Shown: positions 55,722 to 63,831 of the stretch, in pieces
Layout: each line of letters opens with the position of its first letter
Numbering within the stretch: the first letter of the stretch is position 1
The notes under the pieces: generated by a model
What the model saw: only the letters and a program-made list of their open reading frames with translations
Told to the model about the DNA's origin: nothing
Database searches by the model: none
Position numbers and translations under genes: made by a program
Source: a virus
Taxonomy: Duplodnaviria; Caudoviricetes
Length of the DNA stretch: 64,000 nt
Direction: 5' to 3' (one strand)
IMG/VR virus record: IMGVR_UViG_3300047471_000325
Location: 1,927-65,926 of that record

Positions 55722-55919
55722 TCACGGCTTCATCCCCCTCAGCTCATCCCAGATGCCGCGCCGAATGGCTTCTTCTTTCAGATGCTTGAAGAGCGTTGCC
55801 GTTGACTGGATGATCAACTTGAACTTGTCATTCGGCACTTCTTCGAGCAGCTTCTCGGTCGTCATGCGGCTGGCTTCTGCGTAGCGCTCGATGATCGTGA
55901 GCAGGTCGCGAGCTTTCAT
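55722..55919 (-). CDS. Hypothetical protein
   Basis: ATGA-coupled ORF. Confidence 0.5.
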   Translation of the reverse strand: MKARDLLTIIERYAEASRMTTEKLLEEVPNDKFKLIIQSTATLFKHLKEEAIRRGIWDELRGMKP

Positions 55920-56251
55920 TTCGCCTTCCACTGGACGCAGCCGAAGTCTACTTTTGTTTCGAGTGTGCCTAAGGCTCGCGGATATTGTCTTTCAGGAGGG
56001 TCAGCTACTACCCCACATCTACCGATGTCTTCTAATTCGAATCGATGCCAATAAGCGCACGTCTCGCACCTCGGTACCGGCATGTAGGCGACGCCTGGCT
56101 GTGCGGGTATATAGACGACGTCAGGCTCGAAGGGCCAATGCGCTTCGATGATGCGTGCAATCAGTGCCTTGCGGTCTTCGGACCCGACGACGAGTCCTTC
56201 AGATCGCTGGATGTTTTCTGCGGCTTCTACAACCCAATCTTTAGATATCAT
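55916..56251 (-). CDS. Cys-containing hypothetical protein
   Basis: 'CETCAYW...GRC...DFGCVQW'. Confidence 0.6.
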   Translation of the reverse strand: MISKDWVVEAAENIQRSEGLVVGSEDRKALIARIIEAHWPFEPDVVYIPAQPGVAYMPVPRCETCAYWHRFELEDIGRCGVVADPPERQYPRALGTLETKVDFGCVQWKAK

Positions 56252-56342
56252 CGCTGATTCCTGATGTACTCATCCAACCATCGTGCGCTCATGTAGATCT
56301 TCGGCGTGCGATAGAAGATGTCTTGCAGGCGCTCCCAGAAGG

Positions 56343-56531
56343 TCATTCTTTCACCTCCACGAAGCCGCACCGAATGCGTACGCAGTCTTTGATAAACCTT
56401 TCTAGGCCGCCGACAACTTCAGGCTCAAGCACAATTGTGTTTATCACCTCGGTCCAATTCTCGGTTGTCAGGGTGATACTGAAGCCATCATAGGAGACGT
56501 AGACGCCATCGCCGATATAACGCTTGATCAT
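56343..56531 (-). CDS. Small protein, paralogue of 62851-63030
   Basis: 'YIGDGVYVSYDG..ITLTTEN...NTIVLEPEV'. Confidence 0.7.
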   Translation of the reverse strand: MIKRYIGDGVYVSYDGFSITLTTENWTEVINTIVLEPEVVGGLERFIKDCVRIRCGFVEVKE

Positions 56532-56869
56532 AAGTCCTCAACCTGTGTGATAACGCGGACTCCAGGTAGGTGGTGAAAATTACTCGACCTAGCGCCGAGT
56601 ACGACCAGTCGCTTACCGATAGCGGCGGCGTACCCCATCTCGAAGTGCCGACCTCCGGTGCCAGCATTATGCCAGGCAATTGGATTCCAGAGTAGCAGTA
56701 CATCGCAGCGCTCGATGTCCATGATATCCATCATCGCAGCATCAGGCCCATCGTCATCGATCTGTGTCAGCCACCTACTCGTTACGCTGTGACCAAGCTT
56801 CTCGATGGCGTGCATGAGCGTGATAGCGTCATTCCGAGTGGGGTATGGGGCTGCTATATACACTCTCAT
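56528..56869 (-). CDS. Nucleoside 2-deoxyribosyltransferase-like protein
   Basis: 'VYIAAPY', 'DIMDIERCD', 'GGRHFEMGYAAAIGK'. Confidence 0.8.
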   Translation of the reverse strand: MRVYIAAPYPTRNDAITLMHAIEKLGHSVTSRWLTQIDDDGPDAAMMDIMDIERCDVLLLWNPIAWHNAGTGGRHFEMGYAAAIGKRLVVLGARSSNFHHLPGVRVITQVEDL

Positions 56870-57165
56870 CGTACTGCCTCATCGAGCACGTCGGACGCAA
56901 ACTTCGAGACGCTGACGCCCTTCGCATCTGCCTGCTCCTTCAGCGCATCCTTGGTCTCGGCGGTGACGTTCACGCCGAGGAACTTCTCGCGCCCCTGCTT
57001 GACGTATGGCTTCCAGGCGCCGGCGGCTTGAAGGATCTGCAGGATGCGTTGACGCCCGAGCTGAAACTCCGACGCACACTGCTTGAGCGTCTTGCCCGAT
57101 GCGTAGCAGTCGCAGATCATCTTGTTGCGAGTCGTCATCTGTCGCGCCCTCTCTTCGTCAGTCAT
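56866..57165 (-). CDS. Transcription regulator, HTH plus ribbon-helix-helix
   Basis: 'RNKMI...GKTLKQCASEFQLGRQRILQIL' and 'LGVNVTAETKDALKEQA...VSVSKF'. Confidence 0.75.
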   Translation of the reverse strand: MTDEERARQMTTRNKMICDCYASGKTLKQCASEFQLGRQRILQILQAAGAWKPYVKQGREKFLGVNVTAETKDALKEQADAKGVSVSKFASDVLDEAVR

Positions 57166-57319
57166 CTTCGGCATCCTCATCGTCAATGTCATAACCTTCA
57201 AGATTGCTTTCGTTAAATTCATGCGGATGCAGACTCTGATCTTTCTCATGCATCGGGCAGAACGTCTTCTCGGTCATCGCCACGCACCAGGTGATCGCAC
57301 AGGGATACATAGACGTCAT
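57158..57319 (-). CDS. Small Cys/His protein with acidic tail
   Basis: MTSMYPCAITWC...FCPMH...DIDDEDAEDD, coupled at both ends. Confidence 0.45.
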   Translation of the reverse strand: MTSMYPCAITWCVAMTEKTFCPMHEKDQSLHPHEFNESNLEGYDIDDEDAEDD

Positions 57320-58386
57320 CCTTTCAGCAACATGATTACGGCGATGTGGTCGTCTCCATCGGTGAGGAGTAGCGGACTCTTAGCGTCCTTCAGCTTCAGT
57401 GTGATGTGCGACTGCGTCGCCGCGTTGAGAAAGTCCAGTACGAAGCCTGCGTTCACGCAGACCTTCAGCGGCTGGCCGTCATACTCACCGGCAACAACCT
57501 CGCTTGCCGCGCCGACCTCAGCCGACTGCGTTGTCAGCTCGAGCTGTCCAGCACTAAGCGATAGATACGTTGCCTTGTTGTCTTCCGACACCAGCACGAT
57601 GCGCCGCAGTGCGGCAGTCAACGCCAGCCTATCGATCGTCAACATCAAGGCATTGTCCTGCGGGATGATGCGCTCGTAGGCGGGGAACTTCCCCTCCAGC
57701 ATGCGTGAGACGAGCAGCCTACCACCAGAGGCGAAGAAGATATGGCGCTCGCCGACGGTCAGCTCCATCGTCCCCTGCTCAGAGCCACCGGCCAGCACGT
57801 CGAGCGCCTTCACTGGTATAGTAATGCTACCATCCGGCCCGCTGCGACTCATTGTCGCCAGCGCGAGACGCCTGCTGTCGGTTGCGACCATCGCCGCGCC
57901 GTCGCCACTCATCGTCAGTAGGGCGCCCTTCAGGATGTACTTGCTGCTGGCCGCGTTGATGGCGTAGCGCGTCTTGGCGATCAGCATGCGAAAGTCTGCG
58001 GCGTCGAACTGATACGTCGTGCCGCTGGCCTCGGGTAGCGCCGGGAAATCGTTAACGGATAGCGATGAGAGGCGAGACTTAAACGCGCCACAGCTGACTG
58101 CTGCATGCATCTTGTCTAGCTGCATGCTGACGTCGGCATCAGGAAACTGCTCCACCAGTGAGAGCAGCTTCGCGGCCGGTAGCGCCACCTCGCCAGGCTC
58201 GTCGACGCGTGCCGCGCAGTCGGTCGACAGGCCAACCTCGACATCCGTCGCATAGAGGTGCAGACCGTCACTGTCACCGCGTAGGCGAACGTGGCCGAGG
58301 ATGGCGATCGCTGGCTTGCTTGGGACGACGCGGTTGAGAAGTCTCAATTCAGCCGCGAGGACTTGTGAGTTTACAACGATGTGCAT
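57316..58386 (-). CDS. dnaN: DNA polymerase III beta sliding clamp
   Basis: 'ATDVEVG', 'VATDSRRLA', 'SRMLEGKFPAYERIIP', 'NAGFVLDFL'; start ATG 58386. Confidence 0.95.
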   Translation of the reverse strand: MHIVVNSQVLAAELRLLNRVVPSKPAIAILGHVRLRGDSDGLHLYATDVEVGLSTDCAARVDEPGEVALPAAKLLSLVEQFPDADVSMQLDKMHAAVSCGAFKSRLSSLSVNDFPALPEASGTTYQFDAADFRMLIAKTRYAINAASSKYILKGALLTMSGDGAAMVATDSRRLALATMSRSGPDGSITIPVKALDVLAGGSEQGTMELTVGERHIFFASGGRLLVSRMLEGKFPAYERIIPQDNALMLTIDRLALTAALRRIVLVSEDNKATYLSLSAGQLELTTQSAEVGAASEVVAGEYDGQPLKVCVNAGFVLDFLNAATQSHITLKLKDAKSPLLLTDGDDHIAVIMLLKG

Positions 58387-58394
58387 GCTGCTCC

Positions 58395-58784
58395 TTATGT
58401 TCGATGCTCTTTCAACACTTGCTCCACCAGCCACCGCATATCAAATCCCACGCACCACGCCTCGGGAATCAAATCCCACCCGTCGCGGTCCATCACCGTC
58501 CTCGGATGCACGATCAGCGTCTGCTCGATGCCGCGGTGTTCTTTCCAGATAACATAACGGCAATGGCCTGCAGCGGCAAGACGAGCGCAGCAGAGTTGCT
58601 GGTCACCTGGACTATCGAAGTGCGGCGTCGCGTGCTTTCCTTCCCAGCGACTCGTCCGTCCGCAGCCGACGACCTCGATGTCGGGAGCGCCGTTCGTCGC
58701 ATAGGCAAGCAGCATAAAGCTTGGCGCTTGACGCTTCAACTCTTTCCTAAATAACGACTTCAATTCGCCTTCACGCTTGGACAT
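58395..58784 (-). CDS. VRR-NUC / PD-(D/E)xK nuclease
   Basis: 'GAPDI...WEGK'. Confidence 0.7.
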   Translation of the reverse strand: MSKREGELKSLFRKELKRQAPSFMLLAYATNGAPDIEVVGCGRTSRWEGKHATPHFDSPGDQQLCCARLAAAGHCRYVIWKEHRGIEQTLIVHPRTVMDRDGWDLIPEAWCVGFDMRWLVEQVLKEHRT

Positions 58785-58790
58785 ATATCA

Positions 58791-58819
58791 AGACTAGCAC
58801 AAAATTTTAGTGGTGTCTA
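58791..58819 (-). promoter_or_regulatory. Promoter TAGACA-N17-TAGTCT with extended -10 TG, likely leaderless
   Basis: The -10 ends 6 nt before ATG 58784; no SD. Confidence 0.6.
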
Positions 58820-61800
58820 CTTACAATCCGCCCAGTTCTTTCCAGTCCCACATTCCCACAAGATCGGTACTTTCAGCGGAAAGCTCTGCGCGTTCAGGAT
58901 CGCCGAGACCTTCTCTTTCGTCTCCGGCGTCGTGGCGTCACCAAGTACGGCGTCGTGATTCGTGATGCGCAGGATGAAGCCTATCTCCTTACGCTGCGCG
59001 TGCAGCTCGACGAGCTTCTGCTTCATGATGTCGGCGCCGGTGCCCTGCAGCACTCGGTTGAGACCGATGTATGGCTTATAGTTGTTGACGCAGCGACTTC
59101 GTCGTCCGAGCAACGTCTTGACGTAGCCGCGGTGCTGAAACTGTCGGTGCAATATGTCGTTCTTCTTGCAGTACTCGTCGCACTCGTTCTTCATCAAGTG
59201 CGAAGCACGATCCAGCAGCGCGCCAGCCTCTGGGTGCGCCTTCTTGTAGGCAGCCTCGATCTCCTTGATGGTCTTCAGCCTCGGGTCATCCCAGCGCTTT
59301 GCTCTGCGTATCTCTTCGCCGACGCGCTCCGAGATGAAGCCCATCATCACGGCAAGCTTGATGCTCTTTGCGCCATACTGTGCCGCGAAGTTGTAGCTCT
59401 TCGTGTGCGTATAGTTCATGTCGGGCTTGTAGGCGACCAGCATCTCTTGCATCTTCTTGTGAAATGACATCCACGGGTCGTCTTTATAGGCTTGAAGCAG
59501 CTTAGCGTTACCCGAATATTGCACGAGCAGTCGAAACTCGATCTGCGCGGCATCACCTTCGAAGTACTCGCCAGAGCCAGGCACGAACAGACGACGGGGG
59601 AAGAGTTCGTCGCCGAAGATCTCACCGTGATTATAGGCATTCGGCACCTGCTGAACGATGCCGATCGAGAAGCGTCCGCTTACCGTGCCGCCGTCGTCGC
59701 TCGCCAGCTGATTGATGTTATAGCGAAGAACGCCATCTTGGATGTGCTCTGGGTACGCCTTAAAGATCTTGCTGTTCAGCGACGCATACTGACTTGCGCG
59801 CTGCCCCTTGCGAACCAGCGGATGATCGACTTCGTTCAGCACGCTCTCGGAAAACGAGTCTGGTACTACTAAGTGTAGCGACTCGATGAGCCGCTTCCAC
59901 CCTGCCGCCGTATGTTCGAATGCGAAGCCACATTCGCGGCTGACCTCCCACAGCAGCCGATCGTGCTCGGCCATGCATTCGCGGCCGTACTGTTCGAGCA
60001 GCAGCACGTCGATCGGACTGCCGTTCTTCTCCATCTCGACGACGGTCGGGATGACGGCGTCTTCGAGGTCGTGTACCGCGCGCAGTTCCTGCTTACTGAT
60101 CTCAGGATCCATGACGGCGCGCAGCCTACCAACGAGTCGCGCTGTCGCCCGCTCACGCTCTGCTGCCTGCGCTGCCGTAAATCGATGATGCTGCGTCTCG
60201 TCGAGTCGCAGTGCAAACTGCTCGCCTGGAAAGTAGTCGGCTGCCAGCAGGTCGAGACTGAAGCGCTTGCGACGGTCGTCGAGTAGAGCCGCCGTATGTT
60301 GTACGTCGGAGAACGTACAACCTTGTTCTTCAAGGTCGATGCCCCACTCGCGCGCCACGTGGACGTCGAACTTCGTCTTGCTATTAACAATTTTCTTACC
60401 GCGCAGCTGCTCCAGCGCCCAGCGCTTGACGGTCTCTTCACTGAGGTTGCCATCAGCGAAGCCGAACGGCAGGAAACGACACAGCTGCCCGTCAAGCGTG
60501 CTTACCGTCACGCCGCATGGCCTGTCGCCGCCGGCCCAATTCAGGCCGGTGGTGGCGAAGTTCAGAACCACTTCGTCGATGCCGGTGAGGTCAGGCGGCT
60601 CGTCTGGCACGTAGTCAGTCGGCGATGACGCATCGAGAAACTGTGCCAGCGTCTGCCCTGAGCGCGCTTCTTCGAAGAGCGTCTCGGAGGTATCGGCCGG
60701 CATCTGCTCGACGACGAGGGGCTCGAGCCACACTGTCGCCAGCGGGATCAGTTGCTCGCGATGCTGCTTGATCGTCGCGCGCTCGACGTCAGTCAGGCTG
60801 CTTGACTCTGAAACGAAGAACTTTCCGTCTCGCGTCAGCAGGCGGTGGCTGTTCAGGGCCAGCTCAGCCTTGAATCTAACTGGGTCGAAATCAGTCTCAG
60901 GCTCCTGCGGCCTGGATTCCGGCTGAGGACTGGCTAGGGCCGGCTGTTCGGAGGTCGGGCTAGACTTCTCTAGGCTGGGCTCGGGCCCGGCAGGGACAGG
61001 CTGTACTGCCCGGATGAAGCTCAGCGCGGAGATGGTCGGTTTGGAGCTCGCCAGCTGGCTCTGCTGTATCGGGCGGGGCCGTGCATCGTCGAGCGGCATG
61101 GCGTCCAGCGTCAGGTCGTAGATATTCGTCAGGTCAGCGTCAGATCGGAGCTTTAGCACGTTGCGGCCATATTCTTGACCGAATGCGCGATAGTCGACGC
61201 TGTGTTGCCAACGCTTAATGCCCTCTTCACTTGATCCGAACTTCCGCTCGACAGTCGTACAGTCTGGGTGCTGCTCACGTAGACTCTCGGCCATCAGCCA
61301 GCGACCGTCTCTCGACAGAATACTTCGTCCTACGTCGCATGGCGTCAGACGAGAGTCGTAGCCGTCGTTACACGAGGCGCACTGTTGACATGTAATGCAG
61401 TGCTCCTGCCAGTCCGCTTCGACTCCACCTGAACCCTTATAGAGTTCGTCGGCGTTGCCGCCCTTCATCGTCAGGGTCGGCTTCTTGTACATCAAGAACG
61501 CGTTGAAGAGTACCGTACAGTGCCCGTCTTTCAGGATTCTCAGACTCAGGTCAGTGTCCTCATTATAGCGCCCACGCCAGCGCATCGGCGTGCCGTCAGT
61601 ATTCGTTAGATCGTTACGCAGGAGAATGCCAGAATAGCACCGCGTATTGAGCGTGATCGGCTTGATCTTGGCACCTTGCTTGCGCGGCGCAAAATAATCG
61701 TAGTTAAATGCCGCCATCGCGACATCTTCATAGCGGTCGACCCAGTCCTCGATGGCGCAGTGTAGGATACCGCTGTCGACCTCGACCTTCAGGTTGTCCT

Positions 61801-62359
61801 GAAAGCGACAGAAGCCCGAGATGTTATCATCGAAGATCCAGTGACGCTTTGCGCCAGTCGCCACTGCATGATCCCAGACGAAGTTACGCGCCGGGATACT
61901 CCCTTGCCCGAGGTTGCTGAATGGCAGAACGATGATCTTCTCACGCGGCATAACACGCGCATACTGCTCGAGATCTTGCGGCTCGATGACAATGTGATAT
62001 GGCACGTGGATAAATTCTTCGAAGCACTTCTGCGTGAGACGTGTATCTGCACGGTTCTTGCTGATGATGTAAATAGGATAGCGTGGCGTGACTTTCGTAC
62101 TCGTATACACCTTATCACTCGCCTTGCGTATCTCCGCACGTGGGTGCCAGATGAACTTCGTCTTCGCGTGAAGGTGCTGCCCGACAAGCTGTGCGAAGTC
62201 AGCTCTATCTTTATCTGTACGAAAGTGTACTAACAGCGTCTGCTTTGGTTGAAGATCGCTATGGCTATACTCTGGCATGCCGCGCCACTGCTCTTGCCAG
62301 TCATGCTCGACGTCGATGAGGTTCTCTTGCTCGATGTCGCCCATCAAGTCGTCGGTCAT
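58817..62359 (-). CDS. Fusion: TAGT/GREB1-like glycosyltransferase + linker + degenerate 3'-5' exonuclease + family A DNA polymerase
   Basis: GT motifs 'YPIYIISKNR', 'ARNFVW', 'HWIFDDNI', 'YNEDTDLSL', 'MKGGN'; PolA motifs 'SGRFS', 'DAAQIEFR', 'KSYNFAAQYG', 'GYVKTLLGRR', 'QGTGADIMK', 'HDA'. Confidence 0.88.
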   Translation of the reverse strand: MTDDLMGDIEQENLIDVEHDWQEQWRGMPEYSHSDLQPKQTLLVHFRTDKDRADFAQLVGQHLHAKTKFIWHPRAEIRKASDKVYTSTKVTPRYPIYIISKNRADTRLTQKCFEEFIHVPYHIVIEPQDLEQYARVMPREKIIVLPFSNLGQGSIPARNFVWDHAVATGAKRHWIFDDNISGFCRFQDNLKVEVDSGILHCAIEDWVDRYEDVAMAAFNYDYFAPRKQGAKIKPITLNTRCYSGILLRNDLTNTDGTPMRWRGRYNEDTDLSLRILKDGHCTVLFNAFLMYKKPTLTMKGGNADELYKGSGGVEADWQEHCITCQQCASCNDGYDSRLTPCDVGRSILSRDGRWLMAESLREQHPDCTTVERKFGSSEEGIKRWQHSVDYRAFGQEYGRNVLKLRSDADLTNIYDLTLDAMPLDDARPRPIQQSQLASSKPTISALSFIRAVQPVPAGPEPSLEKSSPTSEQPALASPQPESRPQEPETDFDPVRFKAELALNSHRLLTRDGKFFVSESSSLTDVERATIKQHREQLIPLATVWLEPLVVEQMPADTSETLFEEARSGQTLAQFLDASSPTDYVPDEPPDLTGIDEVVLNFATTGLNWAGGDRPCGVTVSTLDGQLCRFLPFGFADGNLSEETVKRWALEQLRGKKIVNSKTKFDVHVAREWGIDLEEQGCTFSDVQHTAALLDDRRKRFSLDLLAADYFPGEQFALRLDETQHHRFTAAQAAERERATARLVGRLRAVMDPEISKQELRAVHDLEDAVIPTVVEMEKNGSPIDVLLLEQYGRECMAEHDRLLWEVSRECGFAFEHTAAGWKRLIESLHLVVPDSFSESVLNEVDHPLVRKGQRASQYASLNSKIFKAYPEHIQDGVLRYNINQLASDDGGTVSGRFSIGIVQQVPNAYNHGEIFGDELFPRRLFVPGSGEYFEGDAAQIEFRLLVQYSGNAKLLQAYKDDPWMSFHKKMQEMLVAYKPDMNYTHTKSYNFAAQYGAKSIKLAVMMGFISERVGEEIRRAKRWDDPRLKTIKEIEAAYKKAHPEAGALLDRASHLMKNECDEYCKKNDILHRQFQHRGYVKTLLGRRSRCVNNYKPYIGLNRVLQGTGADIMKQKLVELHAQRKEIGFILRITNHDAVLGDATTPETKEKVSAILNAQSFPLKVPILWECGTGKNWADCK

Positions 62360-62592
62360 CGTAACGCCTCCACCGCGTAAGACTCTGCCCGCTGCTGATA
62401 GAACTCCGGATCCTCGCCGCGCTCGTGGGCCGTCTCTGCGCTGGCGAGGTCTCGCGCCGCGCAGTAGGCGAACTGCATCTGCCGCTTCCAGGAGAGGAAG
62501 CGCGCCTGCGGAACCTCGTGCCAGTGGACGTAGGGCCTCTCGGCCGACGGTGCTGCAGACGGCTCGAACTCGAACTCAGGCTGCTCGCTCAT
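62356..62592 (-). CDS. Hypothetical protein
   Basis: ATGA-coupled to the polymerase fusion gene. Confidence 0.6.
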   Translation of the reverse strand: MSEQPEFEFEPSAAPSAERPYVHWHEVPQARFLSWKRQMQFAYCAARDLASAETAHERGEDPEFYQQRAESYAVEALR

Positions 62593-62774
62593 GACTGCTT
62601 TACCTTCGCCAGCAACTGTTTGTCTTCTGCGTCTTCCTTGTCCAGGGCTTGGCGCAGCTGCGCGATGATCTCCAGGCGGTGCTGGATGCGGTCGAGTTCA
62701 CCGAGCAGCTCCATGCTTACCTCGGCACGCTTGAAGGCGCGCTCGATGATGCCGGTGAGATTAGGATCAGTCAT
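62589..62774 (-). CDS. Coiled-coil hypothetical protein
   Basis: GGAGG SD before ATG 62774. Confidence 0.5.
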   Translation of the reverse strand: MTDPNLTGIIERAFKRAEVSMELLGELDRIQHRLEIIAQLRQALDKEDAEDKQLLAKVKQS

Positions 62775-62850
62775 CGCTTCCTCCCGCAGGCTTCGCAGCG
62801 CGGCGTCAGCCGGTTCCATGCAGTCCCGCAGTGCTTGCATATCCAGGCGA

Positions 62851-63030
62851 TCATCTCGTTACTCCCGGTGTCTGTGCTTTAATGAGTTCGACGAACACAT
62901 ACAACGCCGATAGGACTTCTGGCTCCAGTACGATAGTGTTCGTCACCCCGAGTCCGTTCTCAGTCGTCAAGATGATCTGATAGCCGTCGAATGCAATATA
63001 GACGCCGTCGCCTAGATAAGTCTTGATCAT
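62851..63030 (-). CDS. Small protein, paralogue of 56343-56531
   Basis: 'YLGDGVYIAFDG..IILTTENG..NTIVLEPEV'. Confidence 0.7.
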   Translation of the reverse strand: MIKTYLGDGVYIAFDGYQIILTTENGLGVTNTIVLEPEVLSALYVFVELIKAQTPGVTR

Positions 63031-63038
63031 TGTCCAAG

Positions 63039-63386
63039 TCAGCATATGTCACCGTGCGAGCGATCGGGTTCAGCGGGCGGCACGAAGCCAGCCATTAGGC
63101 CGGTCCACTCCTTAACGATCGGTCCGCCTAATTGGCCCTGCTCAAACTGTTTCGTGATCTCCTTGACCTGCCTGCGGAATCCTTCGGTCGCCGTCAATGG
63201 CCCATGATGGAGGTCATCCCATGACAGTTCTGATTCATTATTTTTCTCTTGGCTTTCAGCATCAAGAAGCGCTAAATTGCCGATATCAACTAATGCCGCG
63301 CGAAGAGTAAGTCTATCAACAGGCGGGTGCTGATATACGATTGTCGCTAACACTGCGATAGCTCGTAACCGTTCTCCTTCTGTCAT
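63039..63386 (-). CDS. Hypothetical protein ending in EWTGLMAGFVPPA
   Basis: SD and ATG supplied by repeat C. Confidence 0.55.
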   Translation of the reverse strand: MTEGERLRAIAVLATIVYQHPPVDRLTLRAALVDIGNLALLDAESQEKNNESELSWDDLHHGPLTATEGFRRQVKEITKQFEQGQLGGPIVKEWTGLMAGFVPPAEPDRSHGDIC

Positions 63387-63550
63387 TTCGGCTCCTCTCG
63401 CGGCTCCACGGCGGGACGGGCGGTTTTCCGCTTTGGCTTCGGCGCATTCTTCGGGCATCGCGGATTGCAGCACGCCCACACCGTTGGACAGATTGTGTAG
63501 CCGCACTTGCGGCACTTCGGAGGATTGAGGAACTGGCCCTCAGTCGTCAT
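63383..63550 (-). CDS. 55-aa Cys-rich protein ending RPAVEPREEPK
   Basis: MTTEGQFLNPPKCRKCG...CCNPRCP; ATGA-coupled at both ends (below the ORF-track cutoff). Confidence 0.55.
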   Translation of the reverse strand: MTTEGQFLNPPKCRKCGYTICPTVWACCNPRCPKNAPKPKRKTARPAVEPREEPK

Positions 63551-63831
63551 GGTTCCTTCCCCTCGCTCACGCGCTCAGGCGGGGCGGCTGCGAGTTTCGA
63601 TTCTGCTTCTTCAGCACGTAACCGCCAGTGCTTCGCATCCGTGTTCTCGCCAGCCGTATATCCCTTCACGGTGTAGTGCAGAATGGCGCGAGTGTGCTCA
63701 ACTTTGAGGCGTTCGATCTCGACATGCAGCGGTTTAGTCTGGGCATCCAGATCCATCTGTGAATACTTCAACCGTCGATGCTCGTCCGGTTCCGCTGTCG
63801 GTGCAGGCGGGGCGGCAGCCTGGAGGAGCGC
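63388..63831. repeat. Right copies of anchor repeats C (63388-63421), B (63554-63590), A (63788-63831)
   Basis: Identical to the copies at 47014-47754. Confidence 0.95.

Noticed and set aside
60560-61150. Intein or intron in the polymerase gene
   Set aside because: No intein terminal motifs or homing endonuclease motifs; the segment looks like a linker plus small domain.
47014-63831. Diversity-generating retroelement template/variable repeats
   Set aside because: The repeats are short and identical with no adenine-specific mismatches, and no reverse transcriptase is present.
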